Counted from the first letter of the stretch, positions 9,204-20,184 are shown. The stretch: DNA of 64,000 bases from an uncultured Bacillota bacterium (GCA_963804645.1 CAWDRG010000019.1:224001-288000); one strand, 5' to 3'. Notes: generated by a model not told the origin, from the letters alone. Translations and numbers: made by a program.

Positions 9204-11105
9204 TTAGGCGTGAGCCGCACTGCCTGCCGGGACGAGACCGCGAGAGGGCGCTCGCGTCGGCATCGGGCGCGTCGGAAGGGTGGGGGGCAGGGGCGGTGCT
9301 GCGATCAGGGCGTCGAGTTCGTCGCTGTCGAGCGACTCCCGCTCCAGCAGGGCGGTGGCGATTCGCTCCAGTTGTGCCTTGTGCTCGCCGAGGACCTGTC
9401 GGGCCCGGTGGTAACATTCGTCGATGATCCGCCGGACCTCCATGTCGATCTCATACGCGGTCTCGTCGGAGTAGCCCCGGCTCTCGATCAAGTCATGACC
9501 GAGAAACACCGGCCCATGCTTCGTCCCGAGCGTGAGCGGGCCCAGTTTGTCGGACATCCCGAACTCGGTCACCATTCGCCGTGCCAGCTCGGTCGCGTGT
9601 TCGAAGTCGTTCGCCGCGCCGGTGGTGATCTCAGAGAACACGAGTTCCTCGGCCACCCGGCCGCCGAGCATCGCCGTGATGGTGGCCAGGATCTCGCCAC
9701 GGGTGAGCGTGTACTTCTCCTCTGCCGGCAGGAGGAGGACATACCCGAGTGCCATCCCGCGCGGCAGGATCGTCACCTTGTGCGGCGGACTCGCGTGCGG
9801 CAGTAGTTTTCCAAGCAGGGCGTGCCCACCCTCATGGTACGCGGTGAGCGCGCGTTCCTTGGCGCTCAAAATCCGGCTCTTGCGTTGCGGACCGGCAAGC
9901 ACGCGCTCGATCGCCTCGTCGAACTCGGCGCGACCGAGACGCGTCTTCTCCCGGCGCGCCGTCAGGAGCGCCGCCTCGTTGACCATGTTCGCCAGGTCCG
10001 CTCCGCTGAATCCCGGTGTCCGGCGCGCGAGGAGGTCGAGGTTGACGTCGTCGGCGATTGGCTTCCCGCGCACGTGCACGTCCAAGATCGCCCGCCGTCC
10101 CTTCGCGTCGGGATTGTCCACCACGATGCGCCGGTCGAACCGGCCCGGCCGCAGCAGCGCCGGATCCAGAATATCCGGTCGGTTCGTCGACGCGAGCACG
10201 ATGACCCCCGAGTTCGTATCGAACCCATCCATCGCGACCAGCAACTGGTTGAGCGTCTGTTCGCGCTCGTCGTGCCCGCCGCCGACTCCCGCCCCGCGGT
10301 GGCGGCCGACCGCGTCGATTTCATCGATGAAGACGAGACACGGGGCGGATTTCTTCGCTTGGTCGAACAGATCCCGCACCCGGCTGGCCCCGACCCCCAC
10401 GAACATCTCCACGAACTCGCTGCCCGCGAGCGCGAAGAACGGGACCCCGGCCTCCCCGGCAATGGCCTTCGCGAGCAGCGTCTTGCCGCTGCCGGGAGGA
10501 CCGATCAGGAGGACGCCTCGGGGGATCTTCGCCCCCAGCGCCTGGAATTTCTTCGGATATCGCAAAAACTCAATGATCTCCGCGAGCTCTTCCTTGGCTT
10601 CCTCCACGCCAGCCACGTCCTCGAACGTCACCCGGGACTTTACCTCGGTGTGCGGCCGCGCCTGGATCTTGCCGAACGACATCGCCTGGTTCGGGCCCGA
10701 CTGGGCCCGCCGGAGCATAAACAGCCAGACGCCGACCACGACGAGGATCGGCAGCATCATGGTCAGCAGGGTCGACCAGGGCGACGACCGGGACTGCGGC
10801 TCCGCCGTGATCGTGACGCCTTTGGCTTCCAACACCCCGATGTACGAGGGGTCACCGGCCGGGACGTATGCGTGGAATGCACGGCCGTCCTTCATCTGAC
10901 CGGAGACGGAGTCGTTCGTCACGGTGACCCGGCTCATCTGGCCGGCCTCGGCCTTGTTGAGAAAATCGCTGTAGGGAATCTCTTGTGGCGGGAGCGCCCG
11001 AGGCTGCGGCGCGCCCTTCGGGGTGAGAAACAGCGCCATCGCCATGTCGACGGCGATAAAGATCGCGAGCCCCCAAATATACGCGCGCCCCGCAAACTTA
11101 CGCAC
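9204..11105 (-). CDS. ftsH: ATP-dependent zinc metalloprotease FtsH (probable paralogue)
   Basis: Two N-terminal TM helices, Walker A GPPGSGKT, Walker [24 protein letters not shown] zinc motif. Confidence 0.96.
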   Translation of the reverse strand: MRKFAGRAYIWGLAIFIAVDMAMALFLTPKGAPQPRALPPQEIPYSDFLNKAEAGQMSRVTVTNDSVSGQMKDGRAFHAYVPAGDPSYIGVLEAKGVTITAEPQSRSSPWSTLLTMMLPILVVVGVWLFMLRRAQSGPNQAMSFGKIQARPHTEVKSRVTFEDVAGVEEAKEELAEIIEFLRYPKKFQALGAKIPRGVLLIGPPGSGKTLLAKAIAGEAGVPFFALAGSEFVEMFVGVGASRVRDLFDQAKKSAPCLVFIDEIDAVGRHRGAGVGGGHDEREQTLNQLLVAMDGFDTNSGVIVLASTNRPDILDPALLRPGRFDRRIVVDNPDAKGRRAILDVHVRGKPIADDVNLDLLARRTPGFSGADLANMVNEAALLTARREKTRLGRAEFDEAIERVLAGPQRKSRILSAKERALTAYHEGGHALLGKLLPHASPPHKVTILPRGMALGYVLLLPAEEKYTLTRGEILATITAMLGGRVAEELVFSEITTGAANDFEHATELARRMVTEFGMSDKLGPLTLGTKHGPVFLGHDLIESRGYSDETAYEIDMEVRRIIDECYHRARQVLGEHKAQLERIATALLERESLDSDELDALIAAPPLPPTLPTRPMPTRAPSRGLVPAGSAAHA

Positions 11106-11386
11106 GCTCAGCGGCCCTCCATTTGTCCACTCGGGGTGGCGGGTCCATTGCGCACGTGTGACCCCGGGGCGCGTGTGTTCCGCGACGCCGATCGCGACGG
11201 GGGCATCTGCGTGTACCCAACCAATGCCCCGGCGGAGCGTCGGAGCAGCTGCGTCCTAGCGCTCCCGGCTACATCCACGGGGCGCGACGGTCGTGTCATC
11301 CTCCGTGATCGGTTTGGGCCATCCACGCTGTGCTCTCCTGGGGGCGACGCGTACGAACGAAACGTCGATCATCCCGACCACGAGCT

Positions 11387-11431
11387 AAGCGTAGCACCAT
11401 GTGCAGATCCCTGACTGTGCAAAACCGCTCA
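11387..11431 (-). promoter_or_regulatory. Putative ftsH promoter: CRP-like box plus extended -10 TGCTACGCT
   Basis: Minus strand TGAGC-N6-GCACA (11431-11416), then TACGCT (11393-11388) within GTGCTACGCTT; same spacing as the 11675 promoter. Confidence 0.5.
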
Positions 11432-11674
11432 CATTTCTTCACACCGTGCGCGTGGCAACGACGGCGGCAGTCGTGTTGATCTCCGTGCATTCCGTTGAGC
11501 TACGCACAGGAACGGAGGCCGAATCGCGATGTCGGCACCGGACGACCCTCTCGGACGAGGTACGTCTCGCGGGCCAGGACGTTCGCATAGTCGCAGCGAT
11601 GTCGCGGCCTCGTCGGGCCAACACGCGCGCTCGGGCCACCGCTCTCTTTGGTCTCTCTGTGGTCGTTGACGCCC

Positions 11675-11718
11675 TGTGACATTATTCACAGCCCCCCGGC
11701 GCCGTGCGGTGCTACGCT
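11675..11718 (+). promoter_or_regulatory. CRP/FNR-family box plus extended -10 (class II geometry)
   Basis: Perfect TGTGA-CATTAT-TCACA (11675-11690); TG-C-TACGCT with the hexamer at 11713-11718. Confidence 0.65.
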
Positions 11719-11804
11719 TTTGGTGGCCGATCATTGTCACACGTCTCATGGCGCAACTCGCTCAGTAGCGTTGAGCGCATCCGAGACGAAAGGGGGGAAC
11801 GCCA

Positions 11805-11954
11805 ATGCTGTGGACGCTGGTCGTCGTCCTCTTCGTGTTGTGGCTGTTCGGGTTCGGCATGCATGTCGGGGGCAGCCTGATTCACTTGCTACTGGTATTC
11901 GCGCTGATCGTGTTGATCTTCAACTTGTTCAGCGGCCGCCGGATGTTGACGTAG
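11805..11954 (+). CDS. lmo0937-family small membrane protein (49 aa, not in ORF track)
   Basis: AAAGGGGGG RBS; MLWTLVVVLFVLWLFGFGMHVGGSLIHLLLVFALIVLIFNLFSGRRMLT fits the family pattern MLW...LW.LG....GGLIHLLLV.A....GRR. Confidence 0.85.
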   Translation: MLWTLVVVLFVLWLFGFGMHVGGSLIHLLLVFALIVLIFNLFSGRRMLT

Positions 11955-12017
11955 ATCGCAGATCTGGCGGTCGGAAGCCCGAGACCAACATCTCATATGT
12001 TCCGGGGGGGCGTTAGG

Positions 12018-12323
12018 ATGCGACTGCACAGGTACACCTTGAATCTGAGGAGCGTGAGGACCGCGGTGCTGGCGGGGAGACGCTATCCCGGGCTTGCCTT
12101 CATATTAGCGATGGTGGCGGTGCTGGCGATAGGGGTATTGCCGGCCGCTGCCGCGGTCGCCGGTCGCGGCATGACGTTCACGCTGGGCGTGGCGACGTTG
12201 TCGCCGATTGTGGCGTTGATCGCGGGGATCTTGATTCTGGTCGTGCCGCGGCTTCTGAACTTTATCGTCGCGATTTATCTCATCTTTTCCGGGTTGCTCG
12301 GGCTTGGGCTCTTTGGGCGTTGA
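12018..12323 (+). CDS. DUF3096-domain membrane protein
   Basis: C-terminal PIVALIAGILILVVPRLLNFIVAIYLIFSGLLGL. Start uncertain (alternative ATG 12171). Confidence 0.75.
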   Translation: MRLHRYTLNLRSVRTAVLAGRRYPGLAFILAMVAVLAIGVLPAAAAVAGRGMTFTLGVATLSPIVALIAGILILVVPRLLNFIVAIYLIFSGLLGLGLFGR

Positions 12324-12799
12324 GCGCCACATCACCGCGGGCAGGTGCGGGGGAGACGACGGCCGCGATGCGGCGACGGCGACCGCTCGTTCGACGTGAC
12401 TTCACCCCCCGGTGGGTTTGTTGAAGAACGAGGCGATGATGCCCAGTCATGGTGTGTGGTGGAGGACGGCGACTGTTTGCACCGGCCCCATCCCCCAGCG
12501 ATCGCGTTGCCGTCCTCGCCGGTCTCGCGCGGCCCCTCAGCCGTACTCGGCCGCCACCGGTACTTCTGGAGCTCGACCGCTCCCGCGAGCGCGTACTTGA
12601 GCAGCGCCAATGCCGCCACGATGTCATGGACGTGACGCCGTCTGGTATGTCGACTTCGTTTCGCGAATGAGTAACGCACCAACCCATCCCGGTCGTCGAG
12701 CTGCGGATCTTGGACCATCGCGGACGAGCCCCGATCCCCCACGGCGATCTTCACCGAGGAGACGCTCCAGAAGTCTGACGACCTTCCGCCGTTGACCCC

Positions 12800-12842
12800 T
12801 GTGACATTGCTAACAGTTCCGCAGGCCGGGGAGTGCTACGCT
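12800..12842 (+). promoter_or_regulatory. Second copy of the CRP-like box plus extended -10
   Basis: TGTGA-CATTGC-TAACA (12800-12815); TACGCT at 12837-12842 within GTGCTACGCTTTTGGTG. Confidence 0.6.
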
Positions 12843-12891
12843 TTTGGTGAGAGAGTGTTGTCGCCAGTCTCATGGTGAGGAGGAAACCCGG

Positions 12892-13125
12892 ATGAAGGCA
12901 GTGGATCGCATGAAAATCGGGGTTGCCCTTGTGCTCGCCACGTTCTTGGCCGTTCTTGGAATCGGACTTCGTCCCGGTGCACCGCCGGGGAACCCCAAGA
13001 TACGTGTGGTGGTTGGCTCCGATCATCCTGATGCGTCGAGGCGAGCGGAGACAGGCACCAAATCGACCTTCACGGTGGACGGTGTTCCTCTCATCGTCGA
13101 TGAGGAAACTGTCATCTATGCGTAG
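12892..13125 (+). CDS. Hypothetical small protein with N-terminal TM/signal segment
   Basis: GAGGAGG RBS; MKIGVALVLATFLAVLGIGL hydrophobic stretch; lies behind the 12800 promoter. Confidence 0.55.
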   Translation: MKAVDRMKIGVALVLATFLAVLGIGLRPGAPPGNPKIRVVVGSDHPDASRRAETGTKSTFTVDGVPLIVDEETVIYA

Positions 13126-13457
13126 GCTGAGAGTGTGAGGGACTCAGATAGTCCCCGGGTGGGCGCGGCGTAGACGCGAGCTTGGACGACCGAGAGGCCG
13201 GGTTCGCGTGAGTTCTGGTTAGGTTGTCGCCCAGCCGGCCGGCGGAGCACGTTGTCGCCGAGGGGGACCTCCAGTGAAGGCGCCGATTCGGATGCGAGTC
13301 GGCCCGTGATGGCGGGTCGAGCAATCCGGCCGACCAATTCATTACCAATTTGTGTGGCCTGCTTGTCCGATTCGGCAAGAGGATCGAGGTCGATCCAAAT
13401 GGCGCCCATCGCGGATTTGCACTCGGCAACGCAACAAGCCCGACTGAAGGTGTCGTG

Positions 13458-14675
13458 GTGACCTTCGCGACCCTGTTTCGGGTCGCTTGGCAGGCGTTGG
13501 AGCGGAATGGCATGCGGTCGCTGTTGACGATGCTCGGCATCATTATCGGTGTCGGGGCGGTCATCACGTCGATGGCAATCGGGTCGGGGGCCCAAATGGC
13601 GGTCCTCGCACAGATCGAGAGCCTTGGGGCGAACCTCGTTGTCATCAGCCCTGGTGCGGTCACAAGCGGCGGGGTGAGCCTTGGCACCGGTACCCAGACG
13701 TCGTTGACACTTCCGGACGCTGCGGCGATCGCGCAGATCGTCCCGGATGTCGTCGCAGCGGCGCCATTTTCACAAACCAACGCGCAGGTGGTCGCCGGCA
13801 ACGCCAACTGGTCTACGGTTATCGGCGGCACAACGCCGGCGTACACGACGGCGCGTGACTGGGCGGTGACGCAGGGGACCTTCTTCACCGACGCCGAGGT
13901 GGCCCAAGCAGCGAAGGTCGCGGTCTTGGGCGCTACCGTTGCCCAGAACCTGTTCCCCAGTGGAGGTGCGGTCGGTGCGACCGCGGTCATCCGAGACGTC
14001 CCGTTTCGAGTGACGGGCGTCCTCGTCGCCAAGGGGCAGTCGGGATTCGGACGTGACCAGGACGACACGGTGTTGGTTCCCATCACCACCCTGCAGGACC
14101 GTCTCACGGGCCAGACGTGGATCGGCACCATCTTTGTCTCAGCCGACACGGCGGAAGCGGTCCCGGAGGTGGTGGACGCCACGGAACGCCTGCTACGCCT
14201 TCGGCACAAGCTCACCGCGGCCGAGCCCGATGATTTCTCGGTGCGCAATATCTCCGATCTCCAGCAGGTGCGCGAGGCGACATCGCAGACCCAGGCCCTG
14301 CTGCTGGCGGGTATCGCGGTCGTTTCCCTTGTCGTCGGCGGGATCGGGATCATGAACATCATGTTGGTGTCGGTCACGGAGCGAACCCGGGAGATCGGGC
14401 TGCGTCTGGCTGTCGGCGCCCGGGGGCGCGACATTCTCTTGCAGTTCTTGGTCGAGGCGCTCACACTGGCCTGTCTGGGCGGCGCGATCGGCATTGCGAT
14501 GGGGCTCGCCTCCATCGAGGCCGTGGCGATCCTCGCACATTGGCCGGTGGTCATCTCCGGGTTTTCGATTATCTTGGGATTCACCTCGGCTGTCGTGATC
14601 GGCGCCGTGTTTGGGTTCTATCCTGCGCGGCGTGCCGCCGCGCTCGAGCCTATCGCGGCGTTGCGCTATGAGTGA
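13458..14675 (+). CDS. MacB/FtsX-family ABC transporter permease
   Basis: [66 protein letters not shown]. Confidence 0.93.
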   Translation: MTFATLFRVAWQALERNGMRSLLTMLGIIIGVGAVITSMAIGSGAQMAVLAQIESLGANLVVISPGAVTSGGVSLGTGTQTSLTLPDAAAIAQIVPDVVAAAPFSQTNAQVVAGNANWSTVIGGTTPAYTTARDWAVTQGTFFTDAEVAQAAKVAVLGATVAQNLFPSGGAVGATAVIRDVPFRVTGVLVAKGQSGFGRDQDDTVLVPITTLQDRLTGQTWIGTIFVSADTAEAVPEVVDATERLLRLRHKLTAAEPDDFSVRNISDLQQVREATSQTQALLLAGIAVVSLVVGGIGIMNIMLVSVTERTREIGLRLAVGARGRDILLQFLVEALTLACLGGAIGIAMGLASIEAVAILAHWPVVISGFSIILGFTSAVVIGAVFGFYPARRAAALEPIAALRYE

Positions 14676-15194
14676 GCGGTGGCTTGACGCCGTGCCTCGG
14701 TGGTCGGCGCCTCCCGTCCTTCTGCGGTGGCACTGTGCGCTCTCGCCGAGACGGCACGCTTCGCGCCCGCTGCGGATCCGCTCCTGAACGCGAGCGTGCG
14801 TCCTGATCTTCTGTATGCGATGGCGGGGGAAGACGGCGACCCCCAGACGACGAGCCTCCACGGAGACATGTGGGCTGGCGTGCTTCGAGACGGCGCCGAT
14901 GTCACCGCGTGTCTTGGAAGGAGGCGCCCCCCCGCAACGACAAACAGACAAACGCGCCGCATGGTGGGGTGGGTCCGATGCGATCGCACCGCGTGGGTCC
15001 CCGGCTAGTCGCGGCAGCGTCGATCGTAGCGAGTGGCGCCCGGGCCCGCGATCGGAGGGGATGACAGGGCCGGTCACAGCGACGTTGCCACGGGGTGGGC
15101 ATTGGTGCGCCTCGCTGTCGACTGCCGCGAGAGGATCCGTGATGCTGCGGCGTTCTAAAACCACGTAGTCGAGTCGTGACCGGGAAGGAGCCAC

Positions 15195-16766
15195 GTGCGG
15201 ATGCCTGGAGCGGATCGCCAGCACGCGCTCGATCACGTCGTCGTGATCATGTTCGAAAACCGGTCCTTCGACAACCTGCTGGGGCGGTTGTATCAGCCGG
15301 GCGAGGTCTCGTCGTTCGAGGGTGTCCTCGGCAAGACGCTGACGAATCCCGTTCCCGAGTGGGCCGAGAACCGTGCCGGCGGGGCGGTGATCCCGTACGG
15401 GGTGGCGACGAACATGAACACCCCCGACCCCGATCCGGGGGAGGAGTACCCCCACGTCAACACCCAGCTGTTCGGCACGATCAACCCGCCGGGGAACCGC
15501 GGCAAGCGACTCGCCGAGATCGTCGCGCCGTATAACCTTCCCGACGGCCCCGGCCGGCAGCCGACCATGGACGGGTTCGTGGCCGATTACATCAGTGCGT
15601 TTCTGGCCGGGCACGGGCGCCAGCCGACGTACGACGAGTACGCGCAGATCATGACGGGCTACACGCCCGCGCAGATGCCGGTGATCTCGGCGCTCGCGCG
15701 GGGTTTCGCAACCTTCGATCATTGGTTCTGCGAGGTGCCGTCGCAGACGTTCACGAACCGGGCATTCTTTCATGCCGGCACCGCGTCGGGATACGTCAAC
15801 AACATCCCGCCGGCGGACGCCTTCCCCGTACGCAACGACGCCGAGACGCTCTTCGAGCGGCTGGAGTCCGCGGGCCTGACCTGGCGTGTGTACTGCGATC
15901 CGCCGAGCCACCTGTCCTTCACCGCGATCATCCACGCGCGGCGCCTCGTCGACCGGTTCGCCACGCACTTCTTCACGGTCGACCAATTTCTCGAGGACGC
16001 CGCCCAGGGGCACCTGCCGACGTACGCGTTCATCGAGCCCAACATGTGGTTCGGTCACAACGACATGCACCCGCCCTGCGGCGTGCTGCCCCCGGGGGTC
16101 GCGTGGGACCCGCCGTCGTCCCTCCTGGGCGGCGACGCGCTGCTGGCGAAGATCTACGACGCCGTGCGGACGGCGTCATCGCCCGCCGGCTCGAACTATC
16201 TCAACACCCTGCTGCTGGTGGTCTTCGACGAGCACGGCGGCACGTACGACCACGTGCCGCCGCCGTCCGTACCGGCGCCCGACCCGTCGGCGCCGGCGGG
16301 CCAATGCGGCTTCACGTTCACCCGCGCGGGGGTCCGCCTGCCCGCGATCGCGATCTCCCCGTGGATTCCCCCGCGCACCGTGGTGAACGAGCCGCACCGC
16401 CACACGTCGGTGATCCGGACGCTGCGGGAACGCTGGTCGCTTGGCGCGGCGCTCACCGCGCGCGACGCGACCGCTCCCGATCTCGCGGGCGTCCTGACGC
16501 TCACCGCGCCGCGGGCGCAGGAGGATTGGCCCATCGTCGTGCCGCAGCCCGTGCCTTCATTCCATGCGTCGCTGATCGCGCCCGGCGTGCTGCTCCACCC
16601 GCTCGGCACGGCCCTGCTCCACGGGGCGCTGGCGTTCGCCAGACATGTCGGGCGCCCCGCGCCGGACCTTGCCCAGGACGCCATCCTCACGCACGACGAG
16701 GCGACCCAGATCCTCCATGAGGTCTCCGCCGAGATGTTCCCGAACCTGCGGCCGCCGGCTGGATGA
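15195..16766 (+). CDS. Phosphoesterase (phospholipase C/acid phosphatase family), no obvious signal peptide
   Basis: DHVVVIMFENRSFDNLLG; FDHWF; TFTNR; NDMHP; FDEHGGTYDHVPPP; GVRLPAIAISPW. Confidence 0.9.
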   Translation: MRMPGADRQHALDHVVVIMFENRSFDNLLGRLYQPGEVSSFEGVLGKTLTNPVPEWAENRAGGAVIPYGVATNMNTPDPDPGEEYPHVNTQLFGTINPPGNRGKRLAEIVAPYNLPDGPGRQPTMDGFVADYISAFLAGHGRQPTYDEYAQIMTGYTPAQMPVISALARGFATFDHWFCEVPSQTFTNRAFFHAGTASGYVNNIPPADAFPVRNDAETLFERLESAGLTWRVYCDPPSHLSFTAIIHARRLVDRFATHFFTVDQFLEDAAQGHLPTYAFIEPNMWFGHNDMHPPCGVLPPGVAWDPPSSLLGGDALLAKIYDAVRTASSPAGSNYLNTLLLVVFDEHGGTYDHVPPPSVPAPDPSAPAGQCGFTFTRAGVRLPAIAISPWIPPRTVVNEPHRHTSVIRTLRERWSLGAALTARDATAPDLAGVLTLTAPRAQEDWPIVVPQPVPSFHASLIAPGVLLHPLGTALLHGALAFARHVGRPAPDLAQDAILTHDEATQILHEVSAEMFPNLRPPAG

Positions 16767-16923
16767 GCCGTCGAGCCGGAGCGCCCCTGGTGCCCGCGCC
16801 GCCGCGGGCGGCCGGAGAGGGAGTGCTATACTCTGCGGGGAGTCATGCCCATGCGAAGCGCGGCGCGCCCATGGGGCGACGGCGTGAGACGGTTGGTATG
16901 CGGGTGAGGGCGGCCTCAGCCCT

Positions 16924-18405
16924 GTGATGGAAGCGTCCCCGCAGCGGGTGCCGACCCGCGTCCCGGCCATCGCGGTGGCCGGGCTCGTCGCCGCCGGCGC
17001 GGTGCTCCGGTTCGCTTGGCTCGGACGCAACAGCCTCTGGTACGACGAGACGTTTACCGCCCTGGTGAGCAGCCTCGCGTGGCCGAAACTTCTCGCGTTC
17101 ATCCGCCTGACCGACACCCATCCGCCGCTCTACTACGCGGTCGTCAAGCTCTGGACGGCGGTCGCCGGCACGAGCGAGGCCGCGCTGCGGTTTCCATCCG
17201 CGTGCTTCGGGGCCGCCGTCGTGGGGGCGACGTACGCCCTCGCGCGCCGGGTGACGACGGTTCCGGTGAGCCTGCTTGCCGCGCTGTTCGTCGCCCTGGC
17301 ACCGATCGACGTGATGACGAGTCAGGACGCCCGAATGTACGCGCTCCTCGAGCTGCTCGCGGTGGGGAGTACGTGGGCGCTCGTCGCCGCCACCGAGACC
17401 CGGCGCGCCCGCGTGTGGGTGGGCTACGCGCTCCTCCTCGCGCTCATGGGCTACACCCAGTACCTCGGCGGGCTCGTGGGGATCGCGCAGGGGCTCTGGG
17501 TGCTGCTGTACCGGCGGTCCGAGGCCCCGCGCTGGGGTGCGGCGGCGGTCGCCGTCTTGGTGCTCTACGCGCCGTGGCTGCCGTCGATGTGGTGGCAGGT
17601 GACGCACCCTCCGTTCATCGGCTGGTACGCGCAGCCGCTCTACCTCAGCGTCACCGACCTGCTCGGGCTCCTCGCGTTCGGCGGGTCGCTCCTCGGCACC
17701 GCCAGCTTCTTTCAGGCCAGCACGCTGCCGTTCGTGGAGCGGCTGATCCTCGTGCTGCCGTTCTGCGTGGTGCTGTGGCGCGGGATCGTCTCGCTGCGCG
17801 CCACCCCCTCGGCGCTCGGCCTGGTCATCCTGCCGCCGCTGGTGGTGGTCGGCACGATGCTGGTGCTGTCGGCGCCGCGCCCGCTGCCGGTGTTCCTGCC
17901 GCGCTGGTTCTCGTTCCTGCTGCCGTTCTACGCGGTGCTCCTCGCCCAAGGGGTCGTGGATCTCGCGGCGCATGTCCGGGCGCGCCGCACGCTCGTCGTC
18001 GCGGCCGTGACCGCCGCGCTGGTGCTGTCGAGCGTCCCCGTGTTGTGGGGGTACTATTTCGATCCGGGCGCCAGGCCGGACCGCTGGCGGGACGCCGCGG
18101 GGCTCCTGCGCCAGAATCTCGACCGCGACAACATCCTGATCTACGCCTCGCCCGAGGTGGCGATTGCCCTCCGGTACTACCTGCCGAGCCCGCCAGGCGC
18201 CGCGGCCTACCTGCCGATCACCGTGACGCCCGAGTGGCTTGACGGGATCACGTCACGGTACCAGCAGGTGTGGCTGGTGCGCACCGCGGTGGAGGAGCCG
18301 CGGGTCACCGCGCGGCTCGGGCTGTTTGCGGCTCGCTTCACGGTGCTCAGCACACGCGACTTCGGGGGGGTGCGGGTCTATTCGCTCAGGCCGACCCGGC
18401 GGTAG
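16924..18405 (+). CDS. GT-C fold membrane glycosyltransferase (GT39/PMT_2-like)
   Basis: SLWYDE; DTHPPLYY; SEAALRFPS; SQDARMY; many TM helices. Confidence 0.85.
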   Translation: MMEASPQRVPTRVPAIAVAGLVAAGAVLRFAWLGRNSLWYDETFTALVSSLAWPKLLAFIRLTDTHPPLYYAVVKLWTAVAGTSEAALRFPSACFGAAVVGATYALARRVTTVPVSLLAALFVALAPIDVMTSQDARMYALLELLAVGSTWALVAATETRRARVWVGYALLLALMGYTQYLGGLVGIAQGLWVLLYRRSEAPRWGAAAVAVLVLYAPWLPSMWWQVTHPPFIGWYAQPLYLSVTDLLGLLAFGGSLLGTASFFQASTLPFVERLILVLPFCVVLWRGIVSLRATPSALGLVILPPLVVVGTMLVLSAPRPLPVFLPRWFSFLLPFYAVLLAQGVVDLAAHVRARRTLVVAAVTAALVLSSVPVLWGYYFDPGARPDRWRDAAGLLRQNLDRDNILIYASPEVAIALRYYLPSPPGAAAYLPITVTPEWLDGITSRYQQVWLVRTAVEEPRVTARLGLFAARFTVLSTRDFGGVRVYSLRPTRR

Positions 18406-18598
18406 TCCCCACGGGTTCGAGGGCCGCCGCCGCAGGAGTTTCGGAACCCGGGATAGCTGATCCACCGGGTCGCCCATAAAGAGGCCGATAAGGCGGCCGC
18501 TGCCAGCATCGTGGCAGGGGCCTCTATTTTCGCATTCGAACGGAGTACTTGCATTCACGAGTATCTTATGCTACTAATTACCATAGGATGAGGCGTCG

Positions 18599-18988
18599 AT
18601 GACAAAACCGACCCCGAAGTTGCGCGTGGACTTCACGGCGCCGCGCGGCCCGGTGGCGGCGCGGCTGCGGCAGCAGCAGCATGAGCTGTTGCGACGGTTT
18701 CGGTTGCCGGCGGAGTTGCTGGAGCAGTTGCCGGGATCGTTGTCGTTGACTCATTTGCGGTGTGGGAAACCGACGTGCCACTGTGCGCGCGGTGAAGGAC
18801 ATCCGGCGTGGCATCTGACGTACACCGTCGGGGGGCGGAAACAGGTGCTGCACATTCCGACCGCGCTGGCGGAGGAGATCGGGCACCGGGTGGAGGCGGG
18901 GCATGCGGTGCAGGATGCGGTCCGCGACGTGCTGGCCGCTAACGCGCAGTTGTTGAAGTTGGCGCGTCAGCAGCAGCGGCGGCGATGA
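18599..18988 (+). CDS. IS accessory protein, DUF6788-like, putative zinc-binding
   Basis: LPGSL...RCGKPTCHCA...GHP.W.LT; stop overlaps the transposase ATG (ATGA). Confidence 0.85.
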   Translation: MTKPTPKLRVDFTAPRGPVAARLRQQQHELLRRFRLPAELLEQLPGSLSLTHLRCGKPTCHCARGEGHPAWHLTYTVGGRKQVLHIPTALAEEIGHRVEAGHAVQDAVRDVLAANAQLLKLARQQQRRR

Positions 18989-20184
18989 GAGGGCCGACCC
19001 CGCGGCGTCTGTGGAAGTACGTCGTGCAGCGCTTACGCTTGGCCACCTACTTCGCGGCGCCTGGGGATGAGCGGCCCGCGCCGCAAATTCCGGCGCGGGC
19101 GATCTTGTGGGGGCTGGTGATCGGGCACATTCTGCGGGAAGACGCGTTTGCGGGGGTGGATGCCCTGGTCCGGGGCGCGGCCCGGGCGCTGGGCGTGGGC
19201 CGGCGGTTCAGTCACGATACGCTGGCATATGTGACCGCGCGGTTGGATCCGGGGCCGACGCGCGCGGCGTTGAGCGCGGTGGCACGCCGCGCGAAGCGGA
19301 ATAAAGCCTTGGTGGGCAGTGGGTGGATTGGCCTCGCGGTGGATGGCACCGCGACCACCTGTCTCAGCAAGCCGGGGACCGACTGTCCGTACTGTCGACC
19401 GTTGCGCAAAGAGGATGGCACCCTGCTAGGGTATCGGCATGAGATGGCCGTGCTGAGCATCGTGAATGCGGGCGTGACGTTGCCGTGTGACCTGGAGCTC
19501 TACGGGCCGGGCGACAGTGAGTCGGCGGCGGGGCAGCGCGTGCTGCGGCGCGGGGTGGCGGCGTTGGGGCCGCGGTTCGCCGACTATGTCGTGGGCGACA
19601 GCAAATTCGCGACGGCACCCTTCCTGCATACGGCGGGGGACGTCGGCCTGCGGGTGGTGGCGCGCTTAAAGGACAATCTCCCGGAGCTCCATGCCGCGGC
19701 GCAGGCGCGGTTTGTGGGCCGCATGCCGACCGCGACGTTCACAGACGGTCGCGATCAGCTGGAGGTGTGGGATGCGAGCGATTTCGATCCGTGGGTGGGG
19801 CTGCGGTGGAAGACGGTACGCGTCCTGAAGTATCGGCAGACCAAGCCGAACGGCAAGATCATCGAAGCGTTCTGGTTGACCGATTGGCCGGTGAGTCTGG
19901 TGTCCAGTCACGCCTTGTACCGCATGGCCAAGAGCCGGTGGGAGATCGAGAATCAGATCTTCAATGTGGCGAAAACGTACCACGGATTGGAGCACGTCTG
20001 CCACCATCAAGGCACGAGCCTTGTGGCGAGTTGGCTCATTACGCTGCTGGCGATCGCCATCGAAACGCTCTACCGTCTCCGCTTCTTGCATCGCGGCTCG
20101 CATCCCGTGCTCGCGGCGATCGACCTCTGCCGGCGCCTGCGGATGCAGCTCGCGTGCCGTCCCGCTAGCGCGGCCCCCGGCTAA
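18985..20184 (+). CDS. DDE transposase
   Basis: AVDGT (D), CPYC insert, VVGDSKF (D), LKDNLPEL, SRWEIENQIF (E). Confidence 0.88.
   Translation: MRGPTPRRLWKYVVQRLRLATYFAAPGDERPAPQIPARAILWGLVIGHILREDAFAGVDALVRGAARALGVGRRFSHDTLAYVTARLDPGPTRAALSAVARRAKRNKALVGSGWIGLAVDGTATTCLSKPGTDCPYCRPLRKEDGTLLGYRHEMAVLSIVNAGVTLPCDLELYGPGDSESAAGQRVLRRGVAALGPRFADYVVGDSKFATAPFLHTAGDVGLRVVARLKDNLPELHAAAQARFVGRMPTATFTDGRDQLEVWDASDFDPWVGLRWKTVRVLKYRQTKPNGKIIEAFWLTDWPVSLVSSHALYRMAKSRWEIENQIFNVAKTYHGLEHVCHHQGTSLVASWLITLLAIAIETLYRLRFLHRGSHPVLAAIDLCRRLRMQLACRPASAAPG

Noticed and set aside
10220..10250. FtsH LLVAMDGF instead of the usual LLVEMDGF as a sign of inactivity
   Set aside because: All catalytic motifs are intact; a single substitution is insufficient evidence.
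12332..12754. 140-aa minus-strand ORF
   Set aside because: Only a short stretch looks protein-like; no motif or supporting signals.
14676..15190. ORFs or ncRNA between the MacB permease and the phosphoesterase
   Set aside because: Overlapping short ORFs with no motif and no convincing structure.
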